In this document: one piece after another, positions 12,916 to 26,266 of the stretch
Numbering within the stretch: position 1 is the stretch's first letter
Layout: each line of letters starts with the position of its first letter
DNA from: Lingula anatina
Lineage: Eukaryota > Animalia > Brachiopoda
Direction of reading: 5' to 3'
Length of the DNA stretch: 64,000 nt
Assembly (NCBI GenBank): GCA_051362555.1
Contig: CM120642.1
Coordinates: 11,718,001 to 11,782,000, forward strand
The notes under the pieces: model-generated
What the model saw: only the letters and a program-made list of their open reading frames with translations
Told to the model about the DNA's origin: nothing
Databases searched by the model: none
Translations under genes and position numbers: made by a program

Positions 12916-13625
12916 GCTGTGGACCAATTTTCATGACCACTGTCACCGGTACCGTTCCTCCGATAATCTCCAATGGAGTAACTCGAGGTATTTAAATAAA
13001 CGTGTATTTACATGTAGATATATATGTGCCCGTGGTTTGGCGAGCCCCTTCCACGTTCATCCCAGTCGGACGAGATTGGTCTTATCTAACAAAGCGCACG
13101 CAATCGATACATTCACTTGCACTGACGGGAAAAACTGCCAGGCGGCACATTATCAATAAGTGTTTTGAATTCAGTTGTGTGAGTGAGCAGCCATTGTGTG
13201 AACTCGACTGTCCGTAACGTTAAACGATTAACAAGTGGTTTAAATTGATTTTGATTGGTTAGAATGAATAATTTAGCCAAAATATCTATTTTGGATTGTA
13301 TAACAACGCGTACGATATGGTAAATAATATGACGGCACTTGGTAAGACCAAGAAGTTATAAAGAGACTTCTTGGTAGGACACTGAAATGAATCTCATCTC
13401 GCCGTCTTCCCATTTCTTTAATGTGCCCCTAGATGAAAATTCTGATCAATTTAAAGATAATTTTATTGGTATGACTTTTACTAGTCATTGGACTTTTATA
13501 GACGTTGAACTTCAGCAAATGCTTTAATTTTAAACAATTCAGTGGCTTCAGTGTACCTTTGCCAAGTATTTCTCCCGATAATTGATGGTTCCAGCTGGCA
13601 TTATTGTACAGAGCAGAGACGTGCT

Positions 13626-13793
13626 CAGGCCCGTAGCCAGCAATTTCAAAAGGGGGGTTCGTTTTCTGAAAAAGTGGACCTTTTTCCATAAAAACTTCAT
13701 GTACTAAGATCAAATTTTACTCAGAGTGGACCTTTTCCCAGCAAAAGGGGCGGTTCTTTCGAACCCCCCGAACCCCCCCTGGCTACGGGCCTG
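13626..13793. mobile_element. MITE with 15-bp TIRs and a 6-bp target-site duplication
   Basis: TIR CAGGCCCGTAGCCAG ... CTGGCTACGGGCCTG, flanked by the direct repeat CGTGCT at 13620-13625 and 13794-13799. Confidence 0.9.
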
Positions 13794-13818
13794 CGTGCTT
13801 GTATAATTATTACTTTAG

Positions 13819-13819
<1 letters not shown>

Positions 13820-13855
<36 letters not shown>
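13820..13855. repeat. (CA)n microsatellite
   Basis: Uninterrupted CA run. Confidence 0.95.
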
Positions 13856-13857
<2 letters not shown>

Positions 13858-14790
13858 ATACTATTGGGTACACTATTTCGTTTGTAAAAATTGAAACACA
13901 GGTAAGAGACTTTGCAATGGCCAAGGACTGCGCCCTCTTGTTCGTGTTTGCGGTAACGTTTGGGATGGCATCTTGCAGTCAGCTGGTAAATAATTCACGC
14001 CCAAAAAACAGTTCCACCGATCATCATTCATCAGTGAATGAAATAAATATGAGGACATCTGCATGGTGTTACACCAAAGTTTTCTTTTGAAAAATGTATA
14101 AACCTCCTGGGATCCCCACAAATTGATCATGCTGCCTAACCGCCTGTGATGAATATTGTCTGAGTTTCCTCTTGCTGGGTCCATTATTGCTGTGAGCAAC
14201 GCCAGAAGGACATTTTAAATGCCTTTAAAAGGGAGAGGTTGGTCATTTTTAACCCTGGACGATATATTTTACCTGTGCAGGTCATAGTGGTGGACCTTAC
14301 ACCTGTGTCCCGACTGAAAAGTGAGTTATGTTGGATGCAGTGCAATTTATTGGGAGTCTTACGTGTTATGTAATATTCAAAAGGGTTTCTACGTAATAAA
14401 ATTAAGTGTACTGTAAGACAACATTAATTTTATCTGTAAGTGGTTTCTTATTCATCATTCCAACAACAGGCAGTGTAAGTAGAAAATGTTTATTCAGTGA
14501 AATGGCAAGAATAAATAATAATAATAATACTTTTCTTTAGTTTAAACATATAGTATATATAAAAATAACATTGATTTGATTTCACGATATTTTTGACTCA
14601 AGTGTAAAAGTGGCCCAATCCATATATTAAGACAAGATTAACCATGATTTATGTGATTCTGAAATGATTGGCAATAATTTGTTCCCAGTAATGGTGACAT
14701 CTTATTCAATGATTTATGGGGTGTCTATGTCAGACAAGGACAGTTACATACTTATGTTGTAACTGCAAACATGAAAACAAGAAAATCTAC

Positions 14791-14858
14791 TTACAACTAA
14801 CTGGAGTGAGATTCGTAACAGAAGTTACAATTAACTGGAGTGAGATTCCTACAAAGTT
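14791..14858. repeat. Two-copy tandem repeat, period about 34 bp
   Basis: TTACAACTAACTGGAGTGAGATTC... followed by TTACAATTAACTGGAGTGAGATTC... Confidence 0.8.
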
Positions 14859-15694
14859 GTGAAAGTGAAATTTTACTGAACAAGTATCGGTTAACAAAAT
14901 CATAGTAGTCCCCTTCAAGATTTCAGTCATAACAATTACTGTTATGTAACTGAGACACCAGATTGTTGGTGTATAAAAATCCTGTTAAATAATGACAAAT
15001 GAAATGACTGAAAGAGGTTTTAAATCCATCACCCACACTCTCCTTCTTACAAAAAATTGTACTCAGGAAAAACAGACCTACAATTAAAACAAATACAAAA
15101 CTCCTGCACTTCTCTTGAAATACTGGTGTACGATGATATGCATAATGACGGATGCCGTTTTAAGTACAATTACGGCTCCAGAGTCTACTTTCCAAAGTGT
15201 AACAAGACACTTGTGATGGTCCTTGTGACACAGCAGCTGATGGAAGGAGTATTGCTTTTATGGCAGGTCTCATGGTGTATGAGTGAGTTGGGATTTATAG
15301 AACGATATACATAAATATATATGATATACATGAGTATATAAAACCAATGGCCCACTCTGCTTCCAAATCAAATCTACTTGTGCTAAAGTTTCTTGGTCCC
15401 TTTTCGTGATCACTATGGCAAGTTGGCAACGATGTTTACATCGCTCTCAAGTTGTTTGTTCAGGTCTCAACTGATACAGCTCATAGCGCTGTACACATTT
15501 TTTTCTCCATAACATGAGAAACATCTATTTCCTGTCAAAACAAGATGACTGAATTTCTCACATCTGGTCTTGATGGCCGTACTTAGTGTCAACTCTAATC
15601 TCCACTCTTTTCTTTTTATAGAATGACAATGTGGGGAATATTAACAGGTTTTCATGTGATTGGGTTATTTTGCTCTGTTCTCCCCGCAGACTAC

Positions 15695-18600
15695 CTAAAC
15701 ACACATTCCAAAACTTAACTTGAAAGCCAGTTCTACCAAATTTTGTTGTGCTGAATCTTGAAAGCAGACGTAAACTTCTCTGGGGTAAGGATCAAAGAAG
15801 AGGCGCCTAAAATTTAATAAATAAATAAATTAGACAATTTAAAAAATTATTTTTAAACAGCAAAACGTTAATAAAATTTCAAAAAAGTAATTTGAAAAAA
15901 AGCAGTATTTCAAAAATTTTTTAGTACTTTGGAAAAAATAAAACTCTGCAGACACATACCCTACAACCCAGTATGTTAACGACGGTGCCTCTTTTTTCTT
16001 GTCAGTACGACTCTCTGGGGAACACCTGAACAGCACACCATGTTCTTTGACATCTATCAAGGAAGTGTCCTCACCCAGACGGCTCTTGATACCCTTGGTT
16101 TCTCTCTCCTGAAAGGAAGACAGTACACAGTATAGTCAATTAATCATAATCACATAGGATTCAGTCCTCAACATACAGATGGTTAATAAGTACTACTGAT
16201 TAATGATGATGGGAATCTTTCATTAAGTTTTAATGTTAATGAGAAATACCATAAGAAATTCTTGGCAGCTTCTTACTATCACAAAGACTGTCACAGTATT
16301 GCATACAAATGATAATTATCTTAACCCATCAATTGGTAAGATGAGATATTAGTGAACCAGTTCATACTTTGATCATTAATTTTTAAACTTGATTAAAAAT
16401 GTTTCACTTCTTGGGGCAGATGATGCTTATTACTGTAAAACACTGCGCAGCATCATGTTCCCTCGATAAGAGCCAATCCATTGTACCCTTACCCCCATAA
16501 ACTTTTTGGCAAATTTTTACTAGTTTAATCAAACAGAACTTGGCGCACTAGTGAAACTACTAGTTCTATTCTAATTTTTCTAATATGAGAGACGAAAAAG
16601 TTATACATTAAGGAAGGGGGAGGGAGATATTACACTTAAACTACACAGTGTGTATTGACCTCATTCATATCATGTCAAACCCTATACACCTAACACACCC
16701 CAGTCTATTAAAACCTTACCTTCGCCTTGACTGCCTTCTCAAAGACCTTCCTGATGATGAGGCAGCATGCGTGGAAGTTCTGTACCAGCTGTGTGTGAAG
16801 GGCACTGCCCTCTAGGTCACTGACCTCTGCTCCAGTGGGGCACACATACACCCCCTCCATGCTGTCCAAGTGCAAGTAGTGGAACAGTGTGTTGTCAAGG
16901 CCAGCGGTCATTCTGCAATGGTCAAACCAAATTGTCTCTTTAGGATTTGTATCTCATTTTGAGGATGATCAGACACTAGCTCTATAATAATCTGATACAA
17001 TTCTGATTGCAGTAAATCTACCAGGACTATTATAATGTGTTTTGAGTTTTTTCTTTTTGTCACTCTTAGTCCTTATATGCCCATCAATAGAAATATTTTT
17101 AAAAGTAAAATGTAGCTAAGATATTAAACAGTGGATCAAGCTGGTAATTCTGTAACTTACTTGACTGAATCCTGACGAAGGAGGTCCCTCCTCATCCCAG
17201 ACATGTCATAGGCACCTGGCATGGTTCTGCTCTTCTTGCCAGTGTTCTGAAACAAAACAATTCTCTTGAAAAAAAGACATACAGCTTTACTTACTACATT
17301 ACTTACATAGATAGTCAAGGTTTTTCTGCTTAGGCATGTTAGATGTCTTTTGGGTATAATGACTAATGCACATCTTTATAAGACTGACAGGATTCATCTT
17401 TGTACAGTGATTTACAAAACAACACAAAACATTGAATCATACTTAAATTCTATAAAATAGCAATTCTTCACATTCTATCACATATTTTCAAATATCTTTT
17501 TTTTTTACTTCACTTTACCTACCATCCTAAATCAAGTAATTCTATATTTAAAAAGAGAATTTGACACAATGGACATAAACAAAAGCTCAAATTTAGTAAA
17601 AGTTACAATTATCTAAATCATGAACAGATATAAAATGGTACCCTGAACAGCTGGTTGCTGCCTCCACTGCCCCCAGAGTCCTCAGAACCAGCAGACGGCT
17701 TGCGGTCAAATGTCCTGTTCATGACAGGGGTGGACCCCTCACTGGTGTCAAATGACTGGGTACTGTCACAATCAGACTCTGAAAGTAAACATTACCACTG
17801 TTTCAATACAGTTACCTACTGATCCAAATAATCAACAGATTCTGCAAGGTGTCACTTAGTTTTAAGACATAACATGAACTTGGTGTCTAGTACAGGGCAT
17901 TTCCATTAAGATGAAACTTCATTTATCATTAAAATAGTAAAAACAAAGCCACTTGGACAAATAACATAGTGAAAAACCAAAATCTGTCAAATTTCACACT
18001 AAAAAAATTTTTTTGAACTTCATAAACCCTGTCCAATAATTTAAATTATCTAACATCATAATTGCACTGAAGGTCTATCAGTATCATTTTTTTTTTGTAT
18101 CAGATTCAGCTGGAACATTCACGGTTAGACATTTAAATGAGCATCACTGGTCAATACCTGTTCTTGACCTGTCCAGCAGAGGACTAGGCTTTTTATTCTT
18201 CAGTATGGACTCTGGTCCCTGAGATTTCTTGTTGACTGGGGAAGCACCTAGAGCACAGAGCAGGTCACACAACCCAGGGTTAGTGAAGAAAAAGCACTGC
18301 CACCAAACACACAATATATATTTGAAGTTTACGCTCCATATATTGTTCACGTTAGAATAAATAAATAAATATAGAAAAGAGGTACCCTTGACTAGAATTA
18401 AGAGATTATCATAAAAAGCTATCTGTTTTCAGTAAAAAAAATAGATTAATAAATCAGTCCTTTGACAGTCTAAACTGTTTGGAAAAAGATCCATAATTTT
18501 AACTGAAAGCTTGAAGAACTTAATATGCTAGAGATAAATATGTTCAGCGTATGATACTGAAAGCTGTGTACTTTTGCTACATAATAAATACCAAAAGCAA

Positions 18601-21600
18601 AATCAAATATGTAAAATATGATGATATGTAATGTTATCATTCAATGAACAAAACATAAAACTTGATTGATTAAAAATACTCTAGTTTTTTTTCCCCACAT
18701 TATCTGTTCATCTGCATAAAGCAGAGCTATTTATCAGTGTTAAGGTATAGAAAAAGACACATGCAATAAGGCTGTAAATTGCAACCTTATGACTTGGATG
18801 TCAAAACAAGGCCTAGATAGGATGGAAACCACTTTCTTGCACCCAGACAGATTCTGTGGAGACATAACGTATGCTGTGCATACAGACAAATAAATTACTG
18901 AGAAAAATGTCTGTTCATTGAATGATTAAATCATCCCCCATGTTTGCTTATGAAAAACAGGTTACATCAACCTGCAGTGAGTCATATCTCAGGGGGCCAT
19001 GGTAGTTTGAGATATGCCACAATGTAGTTTGATACAAACCTGTACCTAATAAGTAAACAAGGGATAACTAGCTGTGGAGCATATACAAGTATAGCTTCCA
19101 GAAAAGTATACTACCATTTTGTACAAAAGACCCAAGGGAGAATTAAGAAAACTGACTTCTCATGTGTGATCTGTTTTATGCTCCTCCTACCTGCTTTAAT
19201 GCCTGCTTTGGCATTTTGTTGACTGGAAGCACCTTTATTACCCTGGAGCTGCTGGTCTGCAGTGATCAGGGCGGGGAGAGATGGAGAGTGAAGCCTGTGA
19301 AACATGAAGAGATGAGAGTATAGACAGAAACCATATTACAATTAATGATTACATCTTTGGATGTATATTCCATATTCCATGCACTTTTCTATAAATCCCA
19401 TTCAACAAAGTTGACTCAATATTTTGACTTGGCTTGAAAAAAACATAAAAGCTGTATGGTTTAATCAGAAAAAAGGTGCCAAATGACCCAAGTTGGGCCA
19501 CAGCATTGTAACCTCAGTACAAGTAGATCTCATCATCAACACATACAACATGCACTCCAAACCCAGTGTTATGTTCCTATAAGAAACTCCATTCTACATT
19601 CAATTTTGAACCATAAACTGGTCCAGATGTGTCCTGTATGAGCACACATGTCCCTACCTGGCCTCACACTGTCCAGCCATGTCCAGTGTCTCCAAGTGGA
19701 GCAGAGTGGCCCTGGCCTGGTCAACAAAGAAGGGGTCAGGGGTGGGGTGACCTTCTATCCTGAAAAGGTGGGAAGAAAAACTGATTTCTTACTTAGAACA
19801 TTTTTTAGTGTTGAACAGGTTGAGATTAACTTTTTTGAAAAACTCCAGGGTGTCATTTTATGCAAATCACTTTAGGATTTCAGACAATAATCTGGAGACT
19901 TATGGGGAAAATGTACGTACAGATAAATTTAACCATTCTTCGCTTTCCTGAATAAAAACATGAAGAGAGTAAAGGATGTTAATTTTTTAAGTTTTTTCTG
20001 AGACTCATGATTTTTTTAAGTTGTGGTCCAGGTGTTTGTAAGGCAAACCATGTTTTATGTAGGTAAAAATTAAAATTTTTACACCATAAAGAATTTAAGT
20101 AGTGATATCTTACCAGCCAGCACATCCTCCTGCCTCTAGCAAAACACATATCAGACTGTGTTTCTGGAACAACAACAATTACATCCCTTTATGTATCATT
20201 CTGACCACAAAAACCTTTGTTAAATACACATAAATAATAACAGGGTTTCAACATATGTTTGACATGTTTCAAATGTAAAGAAAGAATCAAGCTTCAGAGC
20301 AATCAAGCAATATGCTACAACCAACTGCCATATCTAATGTAGCACAATTGGTGAACTCACCAGTCCCACCACCAGTAAAAACCACCTTGCATCTGGTTCC
20401 GTATAACCTGGGATAAGGGGATCCGTCTGCTCATGACAGCGCCGCGTGGGGAACACCTCCTTCCAGACAACCACTTGCCCCACCTGGTGTTCAGATGATA
20501 ACGCCAGCAGGCAGTAATACTTGGTGTATAGAGCGATATCCATGAAGTCTTCTTTGTGTAGGTGGTTGGCTATCAAGTAACCCTGTAGTCAATACAAAGA
20601 CAACTGCATTATTATGCCAGCCCCAGCAGGCAGAAATAGTTGGGTAAACTGTGAATAGCCAGGAAGATGTCTTAGACTGAGAATTGATAATCAAGACACC
20701 CTTGAGAATGGATAAAAATATCTGTAAGAGGGTTTTACTATTATGAAAAGGGAGTCGATACTAAATTTTGTCTTGTACTGATCATTCTTAATCTCTTTAA
20801 TTCATCTATCTTAAATTAGAATGTTTTACTGATGAATTAACCATTTTTGAAAAGGTAAAATGACAGTAAAGAAGAAGATTGTGGCTGTATTTTGATGGAA
20901 AATATGAATGAAACAGTGCTGAAGGAATACTGTCAGTACCTTATAAAACAGACAGGACCCCAAGATGGTGTAACTTCTTCTTCTGTCATAGTAGCTGTCA
21001 GACTGAAAAGTTAAAGATGGAAACATATTCAACATTTCTTGTACTAGACAAATAAAAATAGTTGTGTAAGATTGCCACCTATGCTTCAGCTTATTTCAAA
21101 ATACAAACTGAGCACTTTGTTATTTCTCAGCTCTGTGTGATCTAATTTTCTTCTGTAGTTGTCTTTGACTCCTGTTCTAATACAATAATGTTGTTTTTAA
21201 TACTTTCACTGTCCTGACAATCTTTCTACAGTTTAGTGTACAACATACACACAAAATTTAGAAGAATAAATGTATCGAATAAGGTTGCTTATTCCATGCA
21301 TTAGCATGGATTCTACCCATCTTCAAACTTTGCATTGCAGGCATATTTTAAAATTTTATAATACAATAAATAGACATCTTTATTAGGTTATTATTTTGAT
21401 GAAAATATTGGTAAACTTAATATCTTCTCACCATCTCAGCAAAATCTGCTGCTTCTAATTCACTGAGACTGTTGCTTATGTTGACTTTGGGTTCATCTGG
21501 CAGGTCCAGCCACCTGACTCCAGGCAAGGTGTCCAGGAAGCCATCTTGTCCTGTCTCCATACACTTCATACCATGCTGTCTCAGCTCCTCATTTAGTAGA

Positions 21601-24600
21601 ACTCTCTGGAACAGGAGGCTGAAAAAATGGTCCAGCTTTTCTTGGTGCTCTCTCGGAACAAAAGCACTGAAAATATGAAGAGATGAATTATTTGATAAAT
21701 ATGTAACTAAAAATATCAAACTTGGAACCATTAATATTTTACCTTAGACATTTATTAGATGTAAAGCAGAAGTAGATACAGGGGTGATTGGTGCATTTAA
21801 ATCTTTACATTATTTTTTTACCAAAATATTCCCTGAATTATCAAGTTTAATTTTTAACTTCAATCTTAATCTACAGGTATATTTTATCAATTAAAAAAAA
21901 AAACAGTCTAAAAGTTTTTCTCCTTACCCTCTTAGAGATCCATACAGCACCTTCATCATCCTGACAGTGTCATCCACTACATGGTTTAGTTGCTCTGCAG
22001 GCACTCTGTAATTGCACTTTACAAAGTCAGTCTAGCATATACTTTTATTTTAGATCAGCAGGGTTTACATTTCTATCTAAATTACTTTAACATCTACATA
22101 AAATGCTAAATACATATACTTTCTGCATTAAATTATCTTGAAAGTGTAATATAAAAACGTGATACCAATTTGTCAACCAATAAAACTTAACACAGCATTA
22201 CCTGTTAGCAGGTACCCCTATGATCAATACTTCTCTGCCTTGCTTGGAGTATCCCACATGGATTAGCTGGCCTTCAACCAGAAGAGTAGAACTGAAATTT
22301 ATAATAAATGTGTTGATAAGCACAATGTAGGCACCAAGTAGTTCAGAGCAATATGATTTAAAATCTATTTCTTACATACTTAAAATCATTTTGCTTATCT
22401 CTAGCTTAGGAATGGCAAAATATTTTTCAAGTTTGACAACCAACTACTTTTTTTAGCATTAATACAGTAATTTCACCTTGAAACAATAAAACAAACAATT
22501 CTACTTCATTTCAGAGAAAGATAAGCCTTAAGGGAATAATCTACTTACTTTTTGGCACTGTTATTTGTGACATCCACCAGCATGTGGCACAGAGTGATGA
22601 ACAGCCCCCGCACCTGGACCAGCTTGTTATCCTGTCTTGGAAACTGGTACACTATATCCTCCTGAAGAGTGGCAAGTTTAAATTATAAACAGTTACAATT
22701 AGGGATATTTTGGAGATGCCTGTGTTATTGTAAACCTACAGCAGAAAATAACCAGTGGAGAATAAAAATATATTAGATATTCATCTTATCTCTAATTTAT
22801 AGACACATTTATAAACAAAATTCACTCTTTTTTAATAATTTGGCAAGAGATAAATGAAAGATGAACAGATGGGGGAAAACAAGACCTTGCTTTACTGGTT
22901 ATTTGAGCCATATCTCTTTACCTTCTCTCTCATACTGTCAGAGCTACCCTCTAGTGTTAAGTACATTGCTATGTGAGGTACATTCTTGAACTGTGGTATA
23001 TATGCACCCAGTCTCTCCCCACTGACCAGCTTGACCAAGTGGTCAGTTGCATCATTGGTCTTCCTGGCCAGAGCTGGTCTGGACGGAAAGTCAATGGCCA
23101 ACTTCTGAAGGGTTAGTTTGACCTGGAAGAAAGGTTTGTTAATATTAGGTATAAAATTATTTTCATCAATTCTCCAAGTTTAAAAAGTAAGAAACAAATA
23201 GACTTGCTTGCCCATCTCAGTGATAACATATAAAGCTGCAACTATACTCTTTGGTATGGATTGAAATCAAAAACAAATTAAACAATGGTTGAAATAATTT
23301 ACTTTAAATTTTGTAGTCCATGTAATGTTGACCTTTTTTTTATAAATAAACTTTACTTTTTTTTTTTTGTTTCAATATATCAATTAAATTTTATTCTTAA
23401 CTATAGATCTTCAACAAATACATAACAGACACATATAGTGCTTGAATAAGGCCAAACTTGGGAGTGTACCAGTAAAAGATAAACTGACCAAACTGCCAGG
23501 TAGCATTGATTGTGTAGCTAACTTAGTTACCTGTGTTGGTCCCTGTATTGTAGATATCACTGTATCAATGGAGTCAAAATCAACATCTAAATCATTGACT
23601 TTCATCAGCCAGTCGCCTGAAAATAGACAAAAAACAACTTTTTATGTTGCATATATCACCTCAGCATGTCCATGGTATATATTCTACCTTCATGTATATC
23701 TTATTTACTATATTCAGTTGGTTATACTTGAAAAGGGTTCTTTCTTTTTTTAACTTACAGAAAATCTGGTGAAACAGGATCTTGTCTTATTAGCTTACAT
23801 AATGTTACATAAATAACAGATGGAATATCATTCTAATATTTTCCTGCAAGAGTAGCACAAACCTACTCATGCATTACTTATTTTACAAAAAGTTCATAAA
23901 TCAACAAAGTTTAACAATACATACAACAGTTAGCAGGTCTATCCTACCTATCTTAATGTGTCCACACTTAATGGCTTCCCCCTCTGGGACCAGCCCCTGC
24001 ACCATGATCCTGGTATCTCTGACCCCAGGGCCTCCATTCTCCACACCATTCCTCATGGGCTGACTGTCAAAACTCCCCGGGATAATCCCAAACACTGTCT
24101 CACACAGGGTGGCCCTACGGCCATAATTGTGTCTTCCTGGCTCCACATTGATGTAAACTTGTCTCCACAGCCCCTGCCCCACTACAGAGTCCTGGAATGT
24201 GACACTTCTAGGGGGAGTGCTGGTGTTATTGGACTGAACATTGGCGTGACCATTGAGGTCATCCTTTTTCTTGAGTCCAATAAAGCCTTTGATTTTCTTT
24301 ATAGAAGTCTTTTCTTTTTGTTTTGCAGATCCATTTGTTTGTGCTGAATTCACTTCGTGTGAGTTTATACCTGAAAAACCACAAAAGATTACGCATCTTA
24401 ATACAAAACTAGTAGTTAAATAATATTTCACCATGAACATCATACATATTATGTCTTTCAGATCAATTACAAAATCTTCATTCTGATTCCCATAATATCA
24501 AATGTATGCTTAATCTAATCAATAATACAAGTAATGCCTAACATCTTATAATTCAGCTAATGAAAATTTAAAACATTTTTTCGAAATTCACCAATGATTT

Positions 24601-25675
24601 TGTTTTTAATTTTAATCTATCTTAAACTATGTAGCTATTTGGCTAGAGTAGACCAAGACAGTGTTACTGGCCTTTTCTCTGGTATTTGAACTACCTTTAC
24701 CTGTGTTATTGTGACCGTTTATATGAAGAGGCTGATGACTTGTGAACAGTGCCTCTTCTCCCTCAGGTGGCTCTACATAGAACAAGTCTCCTTTCTCTCC
24801 AACTTTATTTGCCCAGGCTGGCTCAAAACTGCTGTAATATAAAAACATATATCTAAAATGAGTATGTTTGTTTACTTGTGTTTACTCTTACTGTTTATAG
24901 ACAGATGTCCCGTATTGTAAGTTTATTTGCAATTAGTTGGCAATAAATTGGTGTAAGAAACATGAATTGAACTTTCAAGGAAAATTGCAGTGGATACATC
25001 TGTGAGCATAAGGTACTGATTGGCAGTCGCTTTGGTATAAGAACACTCCAATCTTCTGTCATCACATTGTAATATATCACAATTTGTTACTTGCCATACA
25101 CTTACACTGCTTCCAGAATGCTACAATATTCTTCAACAATACCAATTTCTGCAATCTTGAACCCATTATATAATAATATATGTGTATAATGGGTCCAAGA
25201 TGCAATCTATAAATCTTTCTGTTACCTTGTTCCTCAACACAAAACACTAAATAGCACTTAATGTTTAGGATACTGAACTAAGTTCAAATAAACACAATTA
25301 AAATAAACCACTAAAGTTACTAAGTCGATTACTGTCGCCTCGGTGTGTCTTAGTTTTAATGTTGAACAAATTGCAGTCAAAATTAAACGATGCACATGCA
25401 TTCGCGGCACTGTAAGCAAGTATTTAAATGGGTGATATCATTTTTATCCAAACGAAAATATGTGTTTTTGACACATGGTTATTGCTGGCGGTATTACAAA
25501 GCCAGACAGACACACTGATAAAACAAATGGCATTCCGAAACAAGTTGACATACTCAGAAAAGTCATCATCGGTGTAAGAGGACCAACTATCTTCCTCATA
25601 ATCATCGTCGTCCACAATTTCTTCTCCCTCGTCTAACGGGCCATAGTAATCGCGCGGATATGACCTAACAGCCAT
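15695..25675 (-). CDS. INTU: Protein inturned (CPLANE / planar cell polarity effector; PDZ plus longin domains)
   Basis: About 20 exons: 25675-25554, 24831-24701, 24370-23948, 23616-23531, 23122-22922, 22661-22549, 22291-22202, 22005-21928, 21666-21432, 21002-20940, 20582-20361, 20163-20114, 19759-19658, 19294-19191, 18247-18158, 17778-17642, 17246-17161, 16912-16720, 16108-15960, 15806-15695. Features include the acidic N-terminus with FEPAW...GDLFYVE, the PDZ region ([22 protein letters not shown]), [61 protein letters not shown] and the C-terminal EVYVCFQDS...ELAFKLSFG. Confidence 0.93.
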
Positions 25676-25744
25676 TGCACTCAAAGAAGCAAATACATTC
25701 AAATGGATTTTACTGTCACTTCAAACTTTGTAAAAAGAGCACCT

Positions 25745-25775
25745 TCTTCCGCCATCTTGTTTACATCCGGGCACT
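25745..25775 (-). promoter_or_regulatory. Probable INTU TSS region with YY1-type motif
   Basis: AAGATGGCGG on the minus strand (CCGCCATCTT on +, 25749-25758), about 75 nt upstream of the INTU ATG. Confidence 0.45.
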
Positions 25776-26227
25776 TGGTAGTTTAGGTCAAAGCTAGCCG
25801 CTAGAGGTCAGTATTTGACAGAATGTTGACACGCCCTCAACAGTAACAGACAATGCACAAACGTATGCACGTTTAGTTCTAAGATAACCCCTGAACCCGA
25901 AATATATTTTGCTGAACGTGCCAGAAAACATTGGATAAAATATCTCGTGATGGATAAAGGGAGAGTGTCTATATCTTGGGCCCTTAGTATAATCAAAAGA
26001 TAAACTTAATGCATGGAGGGAATGAGAAAAAGTACATTGTGGCAGGCTACACTAAAAAGTCTAAAAAATTAATCATCAAAATCGCAATCTGTTATTTTGA
26101 TTTTAAGAGGGTGCATTTGCGTATGGACGTCCGCCACTTTTTTTTTTCATTCTTTTATTATTAGCATTCTTGCTTTTCGTTTACTTTAACTTTTAAAATG
26201 AAACGCTTCAGTTTTACAACAAAGTGG

Positions 26228-26229
<2 letters not shown>

Positions 26230-26264
<35 letters not shown>
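26230..26264. repeat. (CA)n microsatellite
   Basis: Uninterrupted CA run. Confidence 0.95.
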
Positions 26265-26266
<2 letters not shown>

